From contig NW_026515670.1 in assembly GCF_025526975.1 (NCBI RefSeq), positions 682,001-746,000 of the forward strand: a stretch of 64,000 bases of DNA. The letters run 5' to 3'. The notes beneath the pieces were generated by a model. The model searched no databases. It was not told where the DNA came from and saw only the letters and a list, made by a program, of their open reading frames with translations. Both the position numbers and the translations under genes were made by a program. The DNA is from Fimicolochytrium jonesii (taxonomy: Eukaryota). Shown here piece after piece: positions 1 to 15,000 of this stretch; the stretch's first letter is position 1; every line of letters starts with the position of its first letter.

Positions 1-1445
1 ATGCCTCTCGATTGTTGATAGGCATTTGTGAGGCTTTTACATTGATCTGTGGTGCAGCATCCTGTGCTTCGTCCTCGCCATCCGGCTGCCGGAGCTCATG
101 TCTTCTTCCAACATTTGACTCCTCTTTGGTGGACGTTGTCTTCTTTGATGATCGAGTCGGTGCACGGCGCTTTAACCGACCTGCCGCGTCATTGCTGATA
201 TCGTGCGGTAGATTGACCTCCTTCGCTTCTCCCTCCCCGCCCCTCATCTTCATTCGGATCCACCGCAGCGCCTCATCAACAGACGGTCGGGCGTCCGGGT
301 CGGTTTGCAGCATGGAGGAGATCAGGGTTCGAAGCTCCGTGCTGTGTGTGGATGGAACTGTGGTCGTGGGGGTGCCTTTCCGAATCCGTGAGGTCCTGGG
401 TGTAGCGAGGATGAGTAAGTCAGGAAGGTGATACTTACCAGGAAATAATGGAGACGGGAGATATCAAAGAGCACTTACAGTTGACTCAGCGATTTGGCTT
501 CAAAGGCGTGCCGGAGAGCAGCCATTTCATGCTGGAAACGACCCGCTGTTGAATGCTGACATTGGTTAAAAACTTATACCTCCGTTTAACGTACCAGAAC
601 GCATCTGTGCACAGTCGTTGCGTTAATCGCAATCTCAGGGACAGACAGATAGTAAGCGACTCGATTTTGAAATATCCTTCTCACCCGATGGCCCAAACAT
701 CACTTTTCCACCCATACGGTCTCCGCTCACATATCTCTGGTGACAGATAGAACGGAGTGCCAATGGCTGTCTGTGCGCGATCCATCGTGGATGCCAATGA
801 TCGAGCGATTCCAAAGTCTCCAAGGATCAAATCATTGGCTTCTGAAAGAAAAATGTTCTGGGTGGGATGGTGAGCAAATGCAGGCGGTGATGGACCAGTT
901 ATCGACTCACTTTGGTCTTGATGTCCCGATGCAATATCTTATGCCTGTGTAGGTGTTGAACGGCTAGCAAGATCTGGACAGCCCTGTGTGCATTGCGACG
1001 TATCAGATGGAAGCGGTTGAATGCCGCGGGACGATTAACGGAAACACACCATCGCCAGATCCTGCTCTCCGAAAGATGTTTCCCCTGACGAGCTTTCAAG
1101 TACGCATCCAGATCTCCGCGCTCTTAATCGTCATCAAACGTCAGCTTCCGGAGATTCCCCGTCTCCCCTGTCCTCACTTGTAACCGATCCAATACCTGCA
1201 TAACTCAAAACTAAATGTAAACTCCCATTCTGCACAAACGCATCCCGGTACTTCACGATGTACTCATGCTCCGGGAGCGACTTGAGGATTTTGACTTCGC
1301 GGATGGCCGTCTTGCATTCATCCGCCGTCAGGCCTCCGAGGGGTACTTCCTTCACACAGACCCGCTCCCGTTGTGAGTTGTAGGCTAGGCGGGCGCAGCC
1401 GGATGAGCCGACGCCGATTGTTCGGACGATTTTGTAGGATTCCAT
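1..1445 (-). CDS. NIMA-related (NEK1/NEK4-like) Ser/Thr kinase, multi-exon, 3' end runs off the window
   Basis: ATG at 1445. Spliced exons give [16 protein letters not shown] (G-loop), [80 protein letters not shown], which are typical NEK catalytic and activation-loop motifs. Confidence 0.9.
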
Positions 1446-2161
1446 TTGGTACGATGTTTGAGTGGTAGTGTGCAAGTGACGGAGGAAGGCTGCGTGGGAG
1501 CGACACGCCTCGATCGATGGTGTCGGTATCACCTGGAGGTCCGAGCCTAAGCTTTGATGGAACCCATAATCCTTCGAAGAAAACACAGTCAGACTGGTCC
1601 ACATGACAAACAACTACGATGACCATATCCAGACCCGGATCCATACCTAATAATTTTGACATGTGCTGGATTTATGCCACACGAGGGGGAAGGCACCCAC
1701 GGAGAGTGTCGAGGGCTCGTCTTCCAGGCTCCCATTTATACCCAAGCCTGCCTTGTCTCTCAGTCTTGCTCTCCACAACTTTGGCCGCTACGGTCGGAAT
1801 TGAATCTGAATTAGCGGGATGACCATGCTCAGGAAACATCTCGCCTCTCCCTGAGCATGATCTCCACATATTATTGGCCGCCTGAGCTGGTCTCCACATG
1901 GACGGAAGTTGGCTGGGCTCAGTGCTCACTGACATCTCGACGCGCTGTCGAATACGGTCACGACGTCTTCCGCTGCAAGTCGATATTAGCTAAGCTTATT
2001 TTGACGCGCTCAAAGCGTTCAGAGGCGCTCGCAAACGTAGGACTTCAAATCCATTCCTGAAAGCCATAGTCTTCCTCAACTTTACCTGCGACTTGATAGA
2101 AAGTATTCAGAATTTATTTCACGACAAGGCCCTTAAGGAAGACCGTAGGCATAAGCCTCGC

Positions 2162-5100
2162 ATGATGTCCCCACCTCAAACCGCAGAAGCCGTCTCTGCG
2201 GAGAGCGCGAGACAAACCGTCCTTGAAGAAGAGTAGGTCGTTTTGCCGTTTGTCAGACAGCATGTGTCAGAATAATAATTGACGCCTTTCCACAGATATG
2301 ATGCAGATTACGAGCCAACACAGGAAGGTAGTAGATGGCTAGCAATCAGGTCTTGTATCACGCATTTACGTTGGCTCACGTCGGTATCACCTATGTTCCA
2401 CAGAGATCATTGACTATGCCAAGTTCCTTGGAATCGACACGGAGAAGGAGAAACATCTGCTATGGATTGCTCGAGATTCTCTGAAAGCACCGTTACCCCC
2501 AAACTGGAAGCCATGGTAAGCCAGCCGTCCATGTCGCAGAAACGAAACATCAACCTGCTAACGCTGTATATTCCCGTCCAGCCAAACGGATGACGGAAAC
2601 ATCTACTATTTCAACTTCACGACGGGAGAGAGCATATGGGACCATCCTTGTGACGAACACTATAAAAAGCTGTACGAGACCGAGAAGGCGAAGGGTGTCC
2701 CAGGCTCTGGTGCCGACAAGGTAAGGACAGGCTAGCTCCGCGGTCTGATTCTGAGCCACGACCCTCAATCTTGACTCGAGCAGGGGAACGACAGCGTCGG
2801 TGGGAAGCCTTCCAAGGTATGTAGCGTAGCGAGGTTCCGGATGGTACCCACATTGCTGAGACAATTTCATGCAGCTGGCGGCATTTCCAGCATTACCAGC
2901 ATTGAAAGGCGGCCCCAGTAAACTAGGAGCTTTGCCAGCTCTCGAAAAGGCGAAACCAGCACCTGCACCGGTCCCGCTGAAAACGGGCATCCCACACCTG
3001 GATGCCGACAATTCTGAAGATGGAGACGAAGTAGATAAAGATGATTGGGATGCGTTCGACGACGAGGATGATGATGAGATCATCGACAGTGTCCTGCGGG
3101 GCAAGGATTTGACGCGTACGCAAAAGCCCGTAGCGGTAGCCACGGCCAAACCTGCTATTGGCGGGCGAGATAGAAAGCCTCTGAACGATGATGACGACTT
3201 TAATCTTAGTTTGAGTGTGAGTTCGATTGAAGACGAGGGTCCCGCTGCCATCAAATCGACACAAGCTGCAACAGCGACTGGAGGGAACCTAAAGAAGCTG
3301 GAAGCGCTGGAAAGTGAGCAGAAGGAGTCGCTCGAGAAGGAAACAGAGAAGATTCGGGACAAATATAAGAACCAGGTTGAGGCGGCAGAGAGGGAAGAGA
3401 AGGAGAAAAGCGTCAAAGTTATCAAGGGAGTCAGGGAGAAGTACGAAACTTTGGTGCGGAATGCCGAGGCCGAAGAAAAGAAGAACGCTGACGACGCCAT
3501 CGCAAAGTTGAAGAAGGATAACGAAGACAGATTGAGGAAGGCCGAGCAGGAGGAAAGGGAGCGGACGGATCAAGCCATTCTGGCTTTGAGACAGAAGTTC
3601 CAACGAGAGCTTGACAAGACTAAGGAAGAGGAGCGCCAATTGCTTGACGAGAGGACAGCGATCAGCACCGCAAAGGCGAGCATCGACTCGGAGATCTCAG
3701 ACGTTGCTCGCCAGAACGCCGAGGCGCTAAGGGTTGCACGACAGACTGAAAGCGCCAAATACGAGCGCGAGCTAAGCGCGATCCGTTATGAATTTGCCGA
3801 GAGGCGAGCGACAGCTGAGGCGGACGAAAGGCGCAAGCTGGAGAAGGAACTGAAGGACATGCGTTCTCGTTTAGAGAAAGACGCAGAGGAGGATCATCGC
3901 AGAGCTCTCGAGCGTGCCAAGGAAGAGCATCGGAAGGAAATAGACGAGCTGATCAAGAAGCTATCAGCTGAACGAGAGACGCGTGAGCGGAATATGCGTG
4001 ATTCGAATGAACGTGATGCCGACGTCCGATTGCAGAAGGTGCGACAAGATGCAGAGGCTCGGGAAGAGAAGGCACGACAAGAAGAGAAGGAGCAACAGGA
4101 GCTTCGTCTTCGCAATTTGAGGAAGGAGTGGGACGCGCGAATCCGCGCCGAGGAAGAGAAAGTGAAGCAGAAAGAAGAGGAATTGCGCGCGAAGTTGGAC
4201 ATTTTGAGCAATGATGGTCATGACAACGACAGGGCTTCTGAGTTGGCCGCCTTGCAAAAGGTGAACGAGATGACGATCGCGAATCTGTTGGCGCAAAAGG
4301 AGCGCTTGAGGGACGAGCAGGAGGAGCTTGATGCGCTTGAGCGCAAGCTGAAGCATCGTAGAGAGGATATTGTTGATCAGCTGGGTGCCATGTCGGAGAG
4401 GGACGCTCTTCCGGGACTGTCCAGTAGCGCACGGAGTCATCGCCGAGACAGACCGCGGTCCGAGTCGTACGGTGAAGACGATTATGAAGGGCAAGCGAGG
4501 CTAAGTTCTGTAAAAGACGAGCACGCTCGGATTCGAGCTCTTGAGAAAGAGCTAGAAATCAAACGGCACCATCTCACCGAAGAACGGTCGGCCCTGCTTG
4601 ACATCGAGAAGAACTTGCTCTTGGAGCAAGCGCGGGTTGAGCGCCAGGAGCGCGCTGCCGGAGCGGGCAGGAGAAGCCCTAAGAGGTCTACAACAGATAA
4701 TCAAGTCAGAAAACGAAAAGCGCAAGTGCAGCAAAAGCTTAGGAACGTCGCCGCGTCGCTAGCAGATCCCGATGACTACTTAGAGAGCAACCGATACAAT
4801 GTTGGAAAAGAGGAAGATGAAGGTAGTCTATCCTATTTCGCTCGAGGCGGTAGTTGACGATGTAGCTCCTAACTCATCTTGATGATGCCCTCAGTTTCCG
4901 ATGGTCTTTATGAGGGCCCTATACCCGTGGACGACTCAAACGACTCGGATGTGGACACCGAGCTATCTCGATTGGAGCCTGTGCGGCATTCACCGCCCCG
5001 GTAGGACACATATTCCCATACGGGGCCGATAGCTTATTTACCTTTCGAACAGTAGGCGAGATGATCAATTCACAGGAGAGTCCCACGTTCGCCAATTTAA

Positions 5101-5939
5101 AACGCTTCTGAAGAAGCACCAGAAAAGTCTGGGATCTCAACAACGCGGACTCATCGATGCGCAGGCGAAGTGGCAGAAGGATATCGCGGACATCTCCTCG
5201 GTATGCACGCCAGTGACATAATCTATTCCTTCGTCCTTCTCCTGACGGCGTTCGCACTCGTCTTCCCAATCTTCATGTTGTCATCAAGCTCTTAATCAAC
5301 GCGAATAACGACTATACGGGCCATTCTCAGGTAATTCGTGGGTTCCTTTCCCTATGTTGGGGGTTTCACCGTATACGTATAAAAGATCTCACCAAAGCCT
5401 ATCGCACTATAGCGTTCACCACATCGTAGCGAGCGAGTAGCTAGTAGCGCTGTTGAGGGAGAATTGGGCGCGCTTCTCGGCGCGCTCAAAGCATCAATCG
5501 AATCCAGCGAAAACGGACGGCGCGGGAGAAGCGCGAAAAGGGCGATGGGTATAGGTAGTGCGACATACAGGTATTACCGTGAATGAGATAAGGTGGTCAG
5601 GTGGAGATGTTTCATTGACATTTTACGTTCATCAGTCCTACGCGGTCATCACCAACGCGAACGTCACACCCCGAACCTAACTATTCTGCAACATCCTCCC
5701 GTGTCGTTGACTACGCACACGCCCGAGACCCAGGGAATAGCGCATTGGCGTCACAGCACAGGAAACGAGCCTGGGAAGTAGGCCATTCGAGAACCGCAAC
5801 GTTGCTTGCAGAGCATAACGCGTGGCTGAAAGGTATGTTCATGCAAAGCTACGGTGATGAAACCCTTTGAAGCATGCCAACGCTCTTTGATTCAACCGCA
5901 GGATTCCTCGCTCGTCATTCCGGGGTCCTTAGTCGTTGA
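2162..5939 (+). CDS. CEP164: CEP164-like centriolar distal-appendage protein (N-terminal WW domain plus long coiled coil), multi-exon
   Basis: Spliced N-terminus [81 protein letters not shown] matches the CEP164 N-terminal/WW region. ORF 2869-4857 is an E/K/R-rich coiled coil. The 3' exons and stop (TGA 5937-5939) are less certain. Confidence 0.85.
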
Positions 5940-6127
5940 TGTCGTCATGTCTTAACCAACATGAAAGTCGTCCGGGTACCAATCTGCTATTAATCAAGCC
6001 GTCCCCTACTCTTGCTCGATCTACTGTACCTACTCTGTATATATCTAGAGCTTCTCTGCAGGGACGCGGGACGTCTATACATCATATAACAGCCGTCTAA
6101 ATGGTTCATCTAAGACCTGATGATCCT

Positions 6128-7460
6128 CTATAAATCAATCCACCGCCCCAACTTCTTCAGTTGCTCAAAGAATACGAACGTGAGAATCGTGTGTGGTCTG
6201 CAAGTAGAGTTTAGTGAAGTCAGGGGTCCAGTTTCATATCGCGGATAGGCTGCGCGGAGGTTACTGACCCGATGCGAAGATAGTGGGCAAAGAATCCTTT
6301 GTAGAGGGCCCCAAAGCCTTCCGCCTTCACACTCTTCACTAAACAATCGATGCCGTTTTTGTAAAGAGCACCTTGCTTGCCATCAGCGGCCGTTTGCTGA
6401 TTGTACTGTAAGAGAGTCCGAACGGTGAGAAAGTGAATACGGCTAAGTCGTGCTCTTCACTCAGCTTTTACCATTCGTGTGCTGGCTACATCAAACGGAT
6501 TCATGGCGAGACAAACGAAGAAGCTCGTAATCGCACTGGCTCCCAGATGCAATGCTAATCCTCCGTGTCCATCTTTCAAATCGAACCACCCTGACCTTGC
6601 CAATATGTTCTTGAAGGACTCATAGCTGGAGAGTTGAACTGCCGACCCTACTCCCGTCCGCAACATCGCCGCGTCTGCTCCTCGCCACAAGCCGCGGATG
6701 CCTTCCCCTGAATAGATCCGCCGCAGAGCGCTTATAGTCCCTTGTTGCACATAGCTATGCTGCGCCCCCACCGCCGCATTCTTTGCTGTCGTATATGATT
6801 GCATTCGCTGGGAAAGCACGCGTTTAAACGAGAAGTGCATGGGGATTCCTTGACACGCAATGGCCTGCGTCTCCACTTACTGTCTTCACCAAGTATAACG
6901 GTGACGCTATACTCGCTCCCAAAACTCCAGATGTGGCCCCTCCCAGGATCATCGCTGGCAGCTGGTTCGTCTGGTTCGATGCCGACACAAAATTGATCGC
7001 CCGCTGATAGCCGTTTTTGATCGGCTCGTACATTCCGAGTCTACATCCGTTCAGCAGCACTTGATAGAAGTATGCCTGAGAATAGGAATGCATGAACATA
7101 TTGAAATAAACTCCCACTATGCCGTGAGAAACCTGGCTATCTTACAGGTCCAAGTCCACGTTGAATGCCCCGCAAGCCTTCGTTACGGGCGATAGTGACC
7201 AGAGCCGACACTGCACTGGGATACGGGCGGTTCGTTGGCGTCGCGCCCGCCGCCAAAGAGCGCCGCTGTTCTAACTCTCCTTGAAGTTGCAGCCTCGTTT
7301 TGACCACCTCCCACGGGTTCGTGAAGGTAACCGCCCCGCACGCTGCTAATGCACCACATGTGAATTGGACGGCGTGGTGACCAAAAGTCGAAGCGGGAGG
7401 CAGCACGGCCGCTGCTGTTGCGGTGGCCGCCCGGGTTGATACTTCTGTGGTATTGGACAT
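6128..7460 (-). CDS. OAC1: Mitochondrial oxaloacetate/sulfate carrier (SLC25 family), multi-exon
   Basis: Three carrier signatures: NPWEVVKTRLQLQGEL, SPLYLVKTRMQSY, NPFDVASTRMYNQ. Also AYFYQVLLNGCRLGMYEPIK, RTGVGSAVQLSSY and PHTILTFVFFEQL, all typical of Oac1. Confidence 0.9.
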
Positions 7461-7688
7461 GTGGGACGCTCAACGTCGAAGCAGTTGAAAGTTCGATCCC
7501 GCTACGTTCCTGTATCGAGCGGTCTAGGAGTCCCCTAAAGTTCAAAGATCGGGCACAACGAGTATTATGCTGTCCTAAGCTCTCTTAGAGATACAGTCTC
7601 TATATGCGGATTCTGCAAGAGACTCTTTTCTGTGAGACCTCCGAATTGTTGAATATACGGCTACGCTGGAAGTTGGGAGTCTGAAGTG

Positions 7689-8502
7689 AACGGGAAGAAA
7701 TTGAGATAACGCGACGCATTGCACGCGCCAGCTGCTCTTTGACGCATTCGACATCGCCACGGACATCAGGAACTGACATTGTCACAGGTAGCTGGCTCGA
7801 CATCGGGAAAGTGAATACACCGGGGCAATGGCTGGTATGCCGCCAGCGGCGAACCACGCACATCGAAGGTCAATTCCGCCATGCGAAGTCCGCCCGACGT
7901 TCTCTCAACCACTATACATGGTTTCTGAAGCAGAAACACCCGTGCTAGCTGATGGTAGGGAAAATCGTAATCGTCGTAAAAATGCAAGGACGAAATCAAG
8001 TCTGTAGACTCTGATAGTATTCCGGCCATGCATACCAGTACCGACTGATGAGGTTCACGGTTAGCATTTCTAATTCAGGGCAAAAACGAATCGCAAGTCC
8101 GCGCCACTCGACAGTACGACAAATCTTTAAGCTCTCAATTTCCTTGCGACCCAAATACGAACTGAAGCGGAGAGTTTTCCTTGCTCAGTGCCCTGCCTCA
8201 GGCGTTCCCCCTCTCTTTAAGAATCCACCTCTCTCCCTTGCCAGGAGAGATGTGTATTCGACTTCAGCCTTAGTTTGGACATGGAAAGAGCTTGAGACTC
8301 GCAGTATTTGTCTGCCAGAGGACACATCCTTGGATTCTAACGGCCCAGAAGTTTGGCTTACAGACGTGCACCACACGTCCCGCTGATATCCGGAAACACT
8401 TGTGTGAGAAGCTATTCCAGCCGTCATGCCATATTCCAAGAATGGAAGTGGCGCAGTCGATGGCGCGTGCAATGCGTCGCGTTATTCCAGTTTCGTCCCG
8501 TT
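7689..8502. repeat. 814-bp segment bounded by 42-bp inverted repeats (MITE/foldback-like candidate)
   Basis: The reverse complement of 7689-7730 (tggcgcgtgcaatgcgtcgcgttatctcaatttcttcccgtt) matches 8461-8502 (tggcgcgtgcaatgcgtcgcgttattccagtttcgtcccgtt) at 38/42, including 25 consecutive identities. No target-site duplication seen. Confidence 0.75.
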
Positions 8503-8827
8503 AGCAAGGATTTGACAAGGCAGTTAAACGTATGATATGGGTTGAAATTTTCAAAAGTAATAACAAAACACAAAAAGATCGTCTAAAAGCGACGCCCAGT
8601 AATTCCTCCCACCTCGACAGTCGCCTTGCCTACAACCGCTCCTAAAACCCCTCATGTCTCATGTCATCTATTCCACCAGGACACGGCATTCTCATCCCAT
8701 GCCTTGAGAGAGCAGGGTTGAGCCTTGGATGTCTTCCGAAAGGGGTTTCGCGTCGACCGCCCACAGTGGCGCTCAATGGGGCGTGAGAAAATGGGAGGTC
8801 AAAGGAATTGGGTTAGATACGGTGCAT

Positions 8828-10238
<1,411 letters not shown>

Positions 10239-12035
10239 TGAAAGAATATACCTGAAAACACCCGAGCAGGTCAGTTACCTATAGTACCGCTAGGGACTGG
10301 TAATCACGACCATCCCAAAATCGGCCCCGTAACGCCTTCACGCACGCCGGGCCAGCAGCAATAGTAGTGAAGTCACGTTGGTGGCTGCTATACTCACAAG
10401 TTCGAACGGGGTCGCTTCTGCTGGTCGAATTTCAGGCTGTGGCGCGAGAGAGGGGCTGTGGATGAAAGCACAGACGTGGATGTTGCTGGTTAGCCACGCT
10501 TCGAGTACACAACAGTTCCGAAAGCCGGTCGACGCAATAGAGCCGTAGCGCAACAGAAGGCTTACAAAGGCGAAGTAGCTCACGCACCTAATATGCAACA
10601 CGAGATGACCTATAATTTCGAGAGGAGCGGCCAATCAGAGATGCACCAGTCGGTTTTATCGTAAATACAAGGCGCTGAAATGACGAGGGTGCGTGGCGGA
10701 AAACAAGAAGCTGTTGGGGCAGCTGACAGGACCGAACCGTGTGTGTGTGGTTATGTACCTGCTGCTGTGTCGTGGCCGGGTGGGGGAATGTGTGTATGTG
10801 CACCTTGTTTTTTCTTCTGGGTCTCGCTTGTCGGCAAAGCGCGCAGGTTGTCTGTGTCTCGAGAAAGCCGCCGTCGCTCTCCTATGATTGTCAACTGGAA
10901 AGGCGCTTCATGTGCTTGCTTTGGGCGCTTGGGGTGGCCGTAATCCCCTCACTTATTAGCGCAAGTCACACTACCCTAACCACAAACTCATCATTTGGGA
11001 TCACCCTCCCAACCAGCTTCCCATCTAACGGCTGGCATAGCTGAAAGGTCAGTTCCATGTGGGGACCAGGATGTCGCGCCAGCAATCATAACCGCTGTTC
11101 GCTATGCAGCGGATACAGCGACGCCCCCATGGAACGACACTATGTCACTGCGCGCTGATTCGGACATGAGAATCGTGGTAGGATTCCTCATTTGAACTGA
11201 AATCTTTACGAGGATGATTGCACATCCGCATTTGCACCCGTTTCGTTTTCCTTGCACGTCTTCCGCAAGACGCTCGGTGTGTCCGGTGAGACTTCCTTGG
11301 TATTCGTGGCGGCGACACTCTGCAAGTAATGTAGGTGAGACCTTGGAAGATTTCAGACGGACGAGTTTACGCGGAAAGGAGTGCTTTTAGTTCACTTGAA
11401 CTCACCGCCAACGGACAACTGCAACCGGAAAAACGAGACTTCTGCGACCTGTCGGTCTTACGCCTCTCCGGTGTTCTTTCTTCCTTGTTGAGGTGCACGG
11501 TATGGAATCTACGCCTATGCCCCGGTGCCTTCGCTCGCTTTGCTTTTGAGCTGAGCAGAGGACCTCTGGGGGGATCTCTTGGGGGATCGTGCTGCTGTTT
11601 ATTCAGCAAAAATGTGCTCCAGGACCGTTTTCCACATGCCGGAGGCACGTTGAGCTGAGGGATCACCCATCAGATCGCTCCATTGCCTTCGGGTTGACCT
11701 TCGCTCAGCCAAATGCCCCCCTTTGCCCTCGACCCGGTTGCTCAGTACGTTATGCTTGGTCGAATAACAATTTCGTTGGGAGAATAAATCTGCTGCGGAA
11801 AGTGGAGATGAAAACGGGCAAGATACTGGGTGATCTTACAAGGATCTAGAGGCGATCAGGAATTTGGAAGGAGGGGCAGGAAGGAGCGGACGGGAAATAC
11901 GCGACGAACGAGCTCGAGACATCCAGGAACGCATCATAACACATACGGCGAATTTGGAACCGAGCGCTGCACTGGATCTAGAAGTCTCTTATGTATGATG
12001 ACAGCATATGTACAAGTGTATACAATCTATGGACA

Positions 12036-15000
12036 TCAATCTGCCTTCAGGAATAGAGCGACGCCGGCGAGGATCCAGGCCTCGGCACCGGTAGTTTCAC
12101 ATGGTAGTCCAACATTGCAAACCAGTTTCTCCCTGGTAGGGCTCGTGTACAATGGGGTCTGGATGATGCCCCGCGTCCCTTCGGCTCGGTCTTTTGGCAC
12201 CCACGCGATATTGCACAGGGGCACTTGAACGAAGGTAGGATCCTCTGCGTGGGCCTCCGATAGGCGAGTTCCGTTGAAGGACGCTCCTTGCAGAAACAGG
12301 CCATCTACAGAGATCATGGCTGTGGATGTGGAGAGCTGTTTCGAATCCCACGATGTCGTCAATTTGAGAGTGTCCATTGGTATCTTCACTGGGGAACGGA
12401 CGTTTGCATTAGCCAAGTCGCCGTCACGCCGCACAAATCTACTTCAATGCACTTACGTTGGCGAGATGTATGTTGTCGCAAAGCGTTCAGGAATGTTACT
12501 GGGTTGAACAGCTTGGCCAGGCTCAGAGGCTGAGTAAATAAGGTGCCGGTGGAGGCTTTCTGCAGTGAGCTCTCCACCGATATCGTGTTTGACACGGCCT
12601 CTTTGAGAAATTGCTGAGGGATTTCCGGTCCTCCGTCCCATTTGGCGATCCAGCTATGATATAAGGACCCTTGTTAGAAAGATGTCAGACGCTTGGAACC
12701 CTTCTGCATCAACACACCTTTGAGGAGTTTCGCCGCGAATCAATGCATGTGCGACGCTTATCACGTCGTTCGTCAGTAACATCGTGCCTTTGATGACTTT
12801 TGTAATCGCTCTGAAGTCAGCGTCGATACGAAGCAGCAGAGTGATTGCATTGGTCAATTCCTAAAGGAGACGGGGAAGACGTTGAGCAACGTGTGCAAAT
12901 GACAAACACGAGATCTGCATGGGCTTACCAATGCAAAAAATGATTCCGTAGGCGAAGCTTTTGGGTCTTGTTGGACCTTCTTCTGTAGTAGCTGTTGTCC
13001 ACTATGCAGCTGATCGTCCGTCCGACAGGTTAGTATAGTTGAAAGTAGGCGGAGCGGATATAATTCAGAATTTCTCATACCTTCCGCCACAGCTGCAAAA
13101 ATGGTCCGAGCTCTTTCGTCCAAACATCCTTGTCAAACTGTTGACCATGACTGTCGACTCGTCTCAAAGCCTTCAGCTGGGTAATGACTATCTGACTCGT
13201 GTTTCGTTGCAAAATACGGTCGATGTTGCCGGGAAGACCGAAAGATGTCACATCGTCGATATCCGGAAGATCCCCGATGAGAGATTGATATGCCGTGTGG
13301 TCGGTGACGTTTGGGAGTGACAAGCCCTTGCCCAGCCTCTTGGTCGGGGCTTTGCCAGCGATTGTGAAGACATCTGAAGCAGTCGGTGTTGGACGGTACT
13401 CGCGAGATATTCGGATTGGAGAGATATAAACGTACCATCGTTGAAGTACTCTTTCAAGTAGGTCCTCAGCTTCAAAGCATCATGAGGCTCGTCGATCTTT
13501 CCGCCGTAGATTGCGTTCTCCAGCAATCCATGGAGAACCTGCCATTGCGGAGCTTTGGCATTCGAGCACATTTTCTGTAACAGAGTCGACCTTGTGAGCC
13601 ACAGTCAAATATAAGATGGAGAGAACCCAGAACTCACGCTGATGAGTTCTGCACTTGAACGCAGATCGGCAGCCGAGAACTCGTAGAATTTGTTCCATCC
13701 TTGAGGAATGTATGTCCTGCGTTCCTGAATGACCGCATGGAACCATGCTAGCCCGAACAGTGCCTGCGCTCGGTGCACGGGGCCATCGGCGATGAAAGCA
13801 GGAGTCCACGCCTCGTAGGTTCGCAGCAGATTGTTCTTCACGCCTATGACGTACACGAAACGATGAGATTAGCTGGTCGGACGAAACTGCCCGGACCAGA
13901 TGCATTCCAAAAACTCACCAGGAGGAGCTTCAACCGTAATCTTGAGGCAATTCTGCAGCAAGCTGCTCGGGAAGTTGGCGTGCGCCTCTGAGGTGAGCCA
14001 CAATCTAAACTTCTCATGTGGTTTACTCGAAGCAATCTCCTTTTCCAAAATGGGAAGCCAGCTGGTAACCAGGTGGACGTTCTGAAGGCAGACCCATCCT
14101 CCGCTTCTCATGCCATCTCGCAGCATCGATAGCGCGGTGTCACCTTGTCCTTGTCCCATGGCGACTTGATGGTATTTGCTTTCCCCGACTTCCTTCACAG
14201 CGAGTTCACGGAGCTCGTCTGAGGGATCTGCTCCCGCAGTGGTGATGAATAGGATCGGCTCGGTCGGAATGGACTCTTCGCCCGACATTTTGGCCAGGTT
14301 CATCGCGGCTGGTGCGAGGGTTGGTAATCCCATGACACCGCAACAGAAACTAGTCACTGTTCCCGCGAATTAGCATGGCATCCAGGATGCAGAACGAGGT
14401 AATTTTTTGACTTACTTGCACTCAACAGCCGGTCCGGTCGTAACGCCTGGACAAGTAGTACTCTTTGGATTCCGCTGAAAGAATGGGGTCAGTGCAGAGT
14501 TCTCGCCTCATCAGTGATCGCCGGTTGTGACTAACCTTAGCTTCGGTACTGGACCCTCAAGTTCGCATTTGGGATGCTTCAACCATCTTGTCCAGAGCGA
14601 GGAGTCGGTTTTCTGTAATCTTTGCACAAGGGACGGCAAAGAAGTCTAGAAGCATCGCGTTAGCCTTCCCGTTCCCGGTTTAAAGAGGAGCCAAATGTCC
14701 TCATACCTCGAGCTGCGTCCAAGCTACAGCGCGCTCGGCAGGGACCCATCCTGGAACCTCATCCACGTGCGTCTCTTCGACCGACACTATAGAGCCGGTT
14801 AGAAGCTCCCATTCATTCTTGTCGAACAGCTCTGGATGCAACGAATGCACAAGATGGAGTGCAAAACCATGCCGATCCGCTTTGAAAATTGAACGTGAAA
14901 TGTAGTTGTACGAAGACTTTTCCAGTATCGACATCAATAACTGCACACGCAGCTCCGTGCCGTCATTAGTTGCCGAGGACTCTGCTCCCAAGGCTTGCGA

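Noticed and set aside
431..445. atacttacc, resembling the U1 snRNA 5' end (also near 50636)
   Set aside because: It is the reverse complement of minus-strand intron donors (GGTAAGTAT); no U1 body follows.
2550..4494. Long minus-strand ORFs (316, 176, 159 aa) opposite CEP164
   Set aside because: S/L/F-rich antisense shadows of an E/K/R-rich coiled-coil exon.
7485..7505. gttcgatccc, T-loop-like tRNA motif (similar at ~42421 on the minus strand)
   Set aside because: No cloverleaf stems or D-loop could be built around it.
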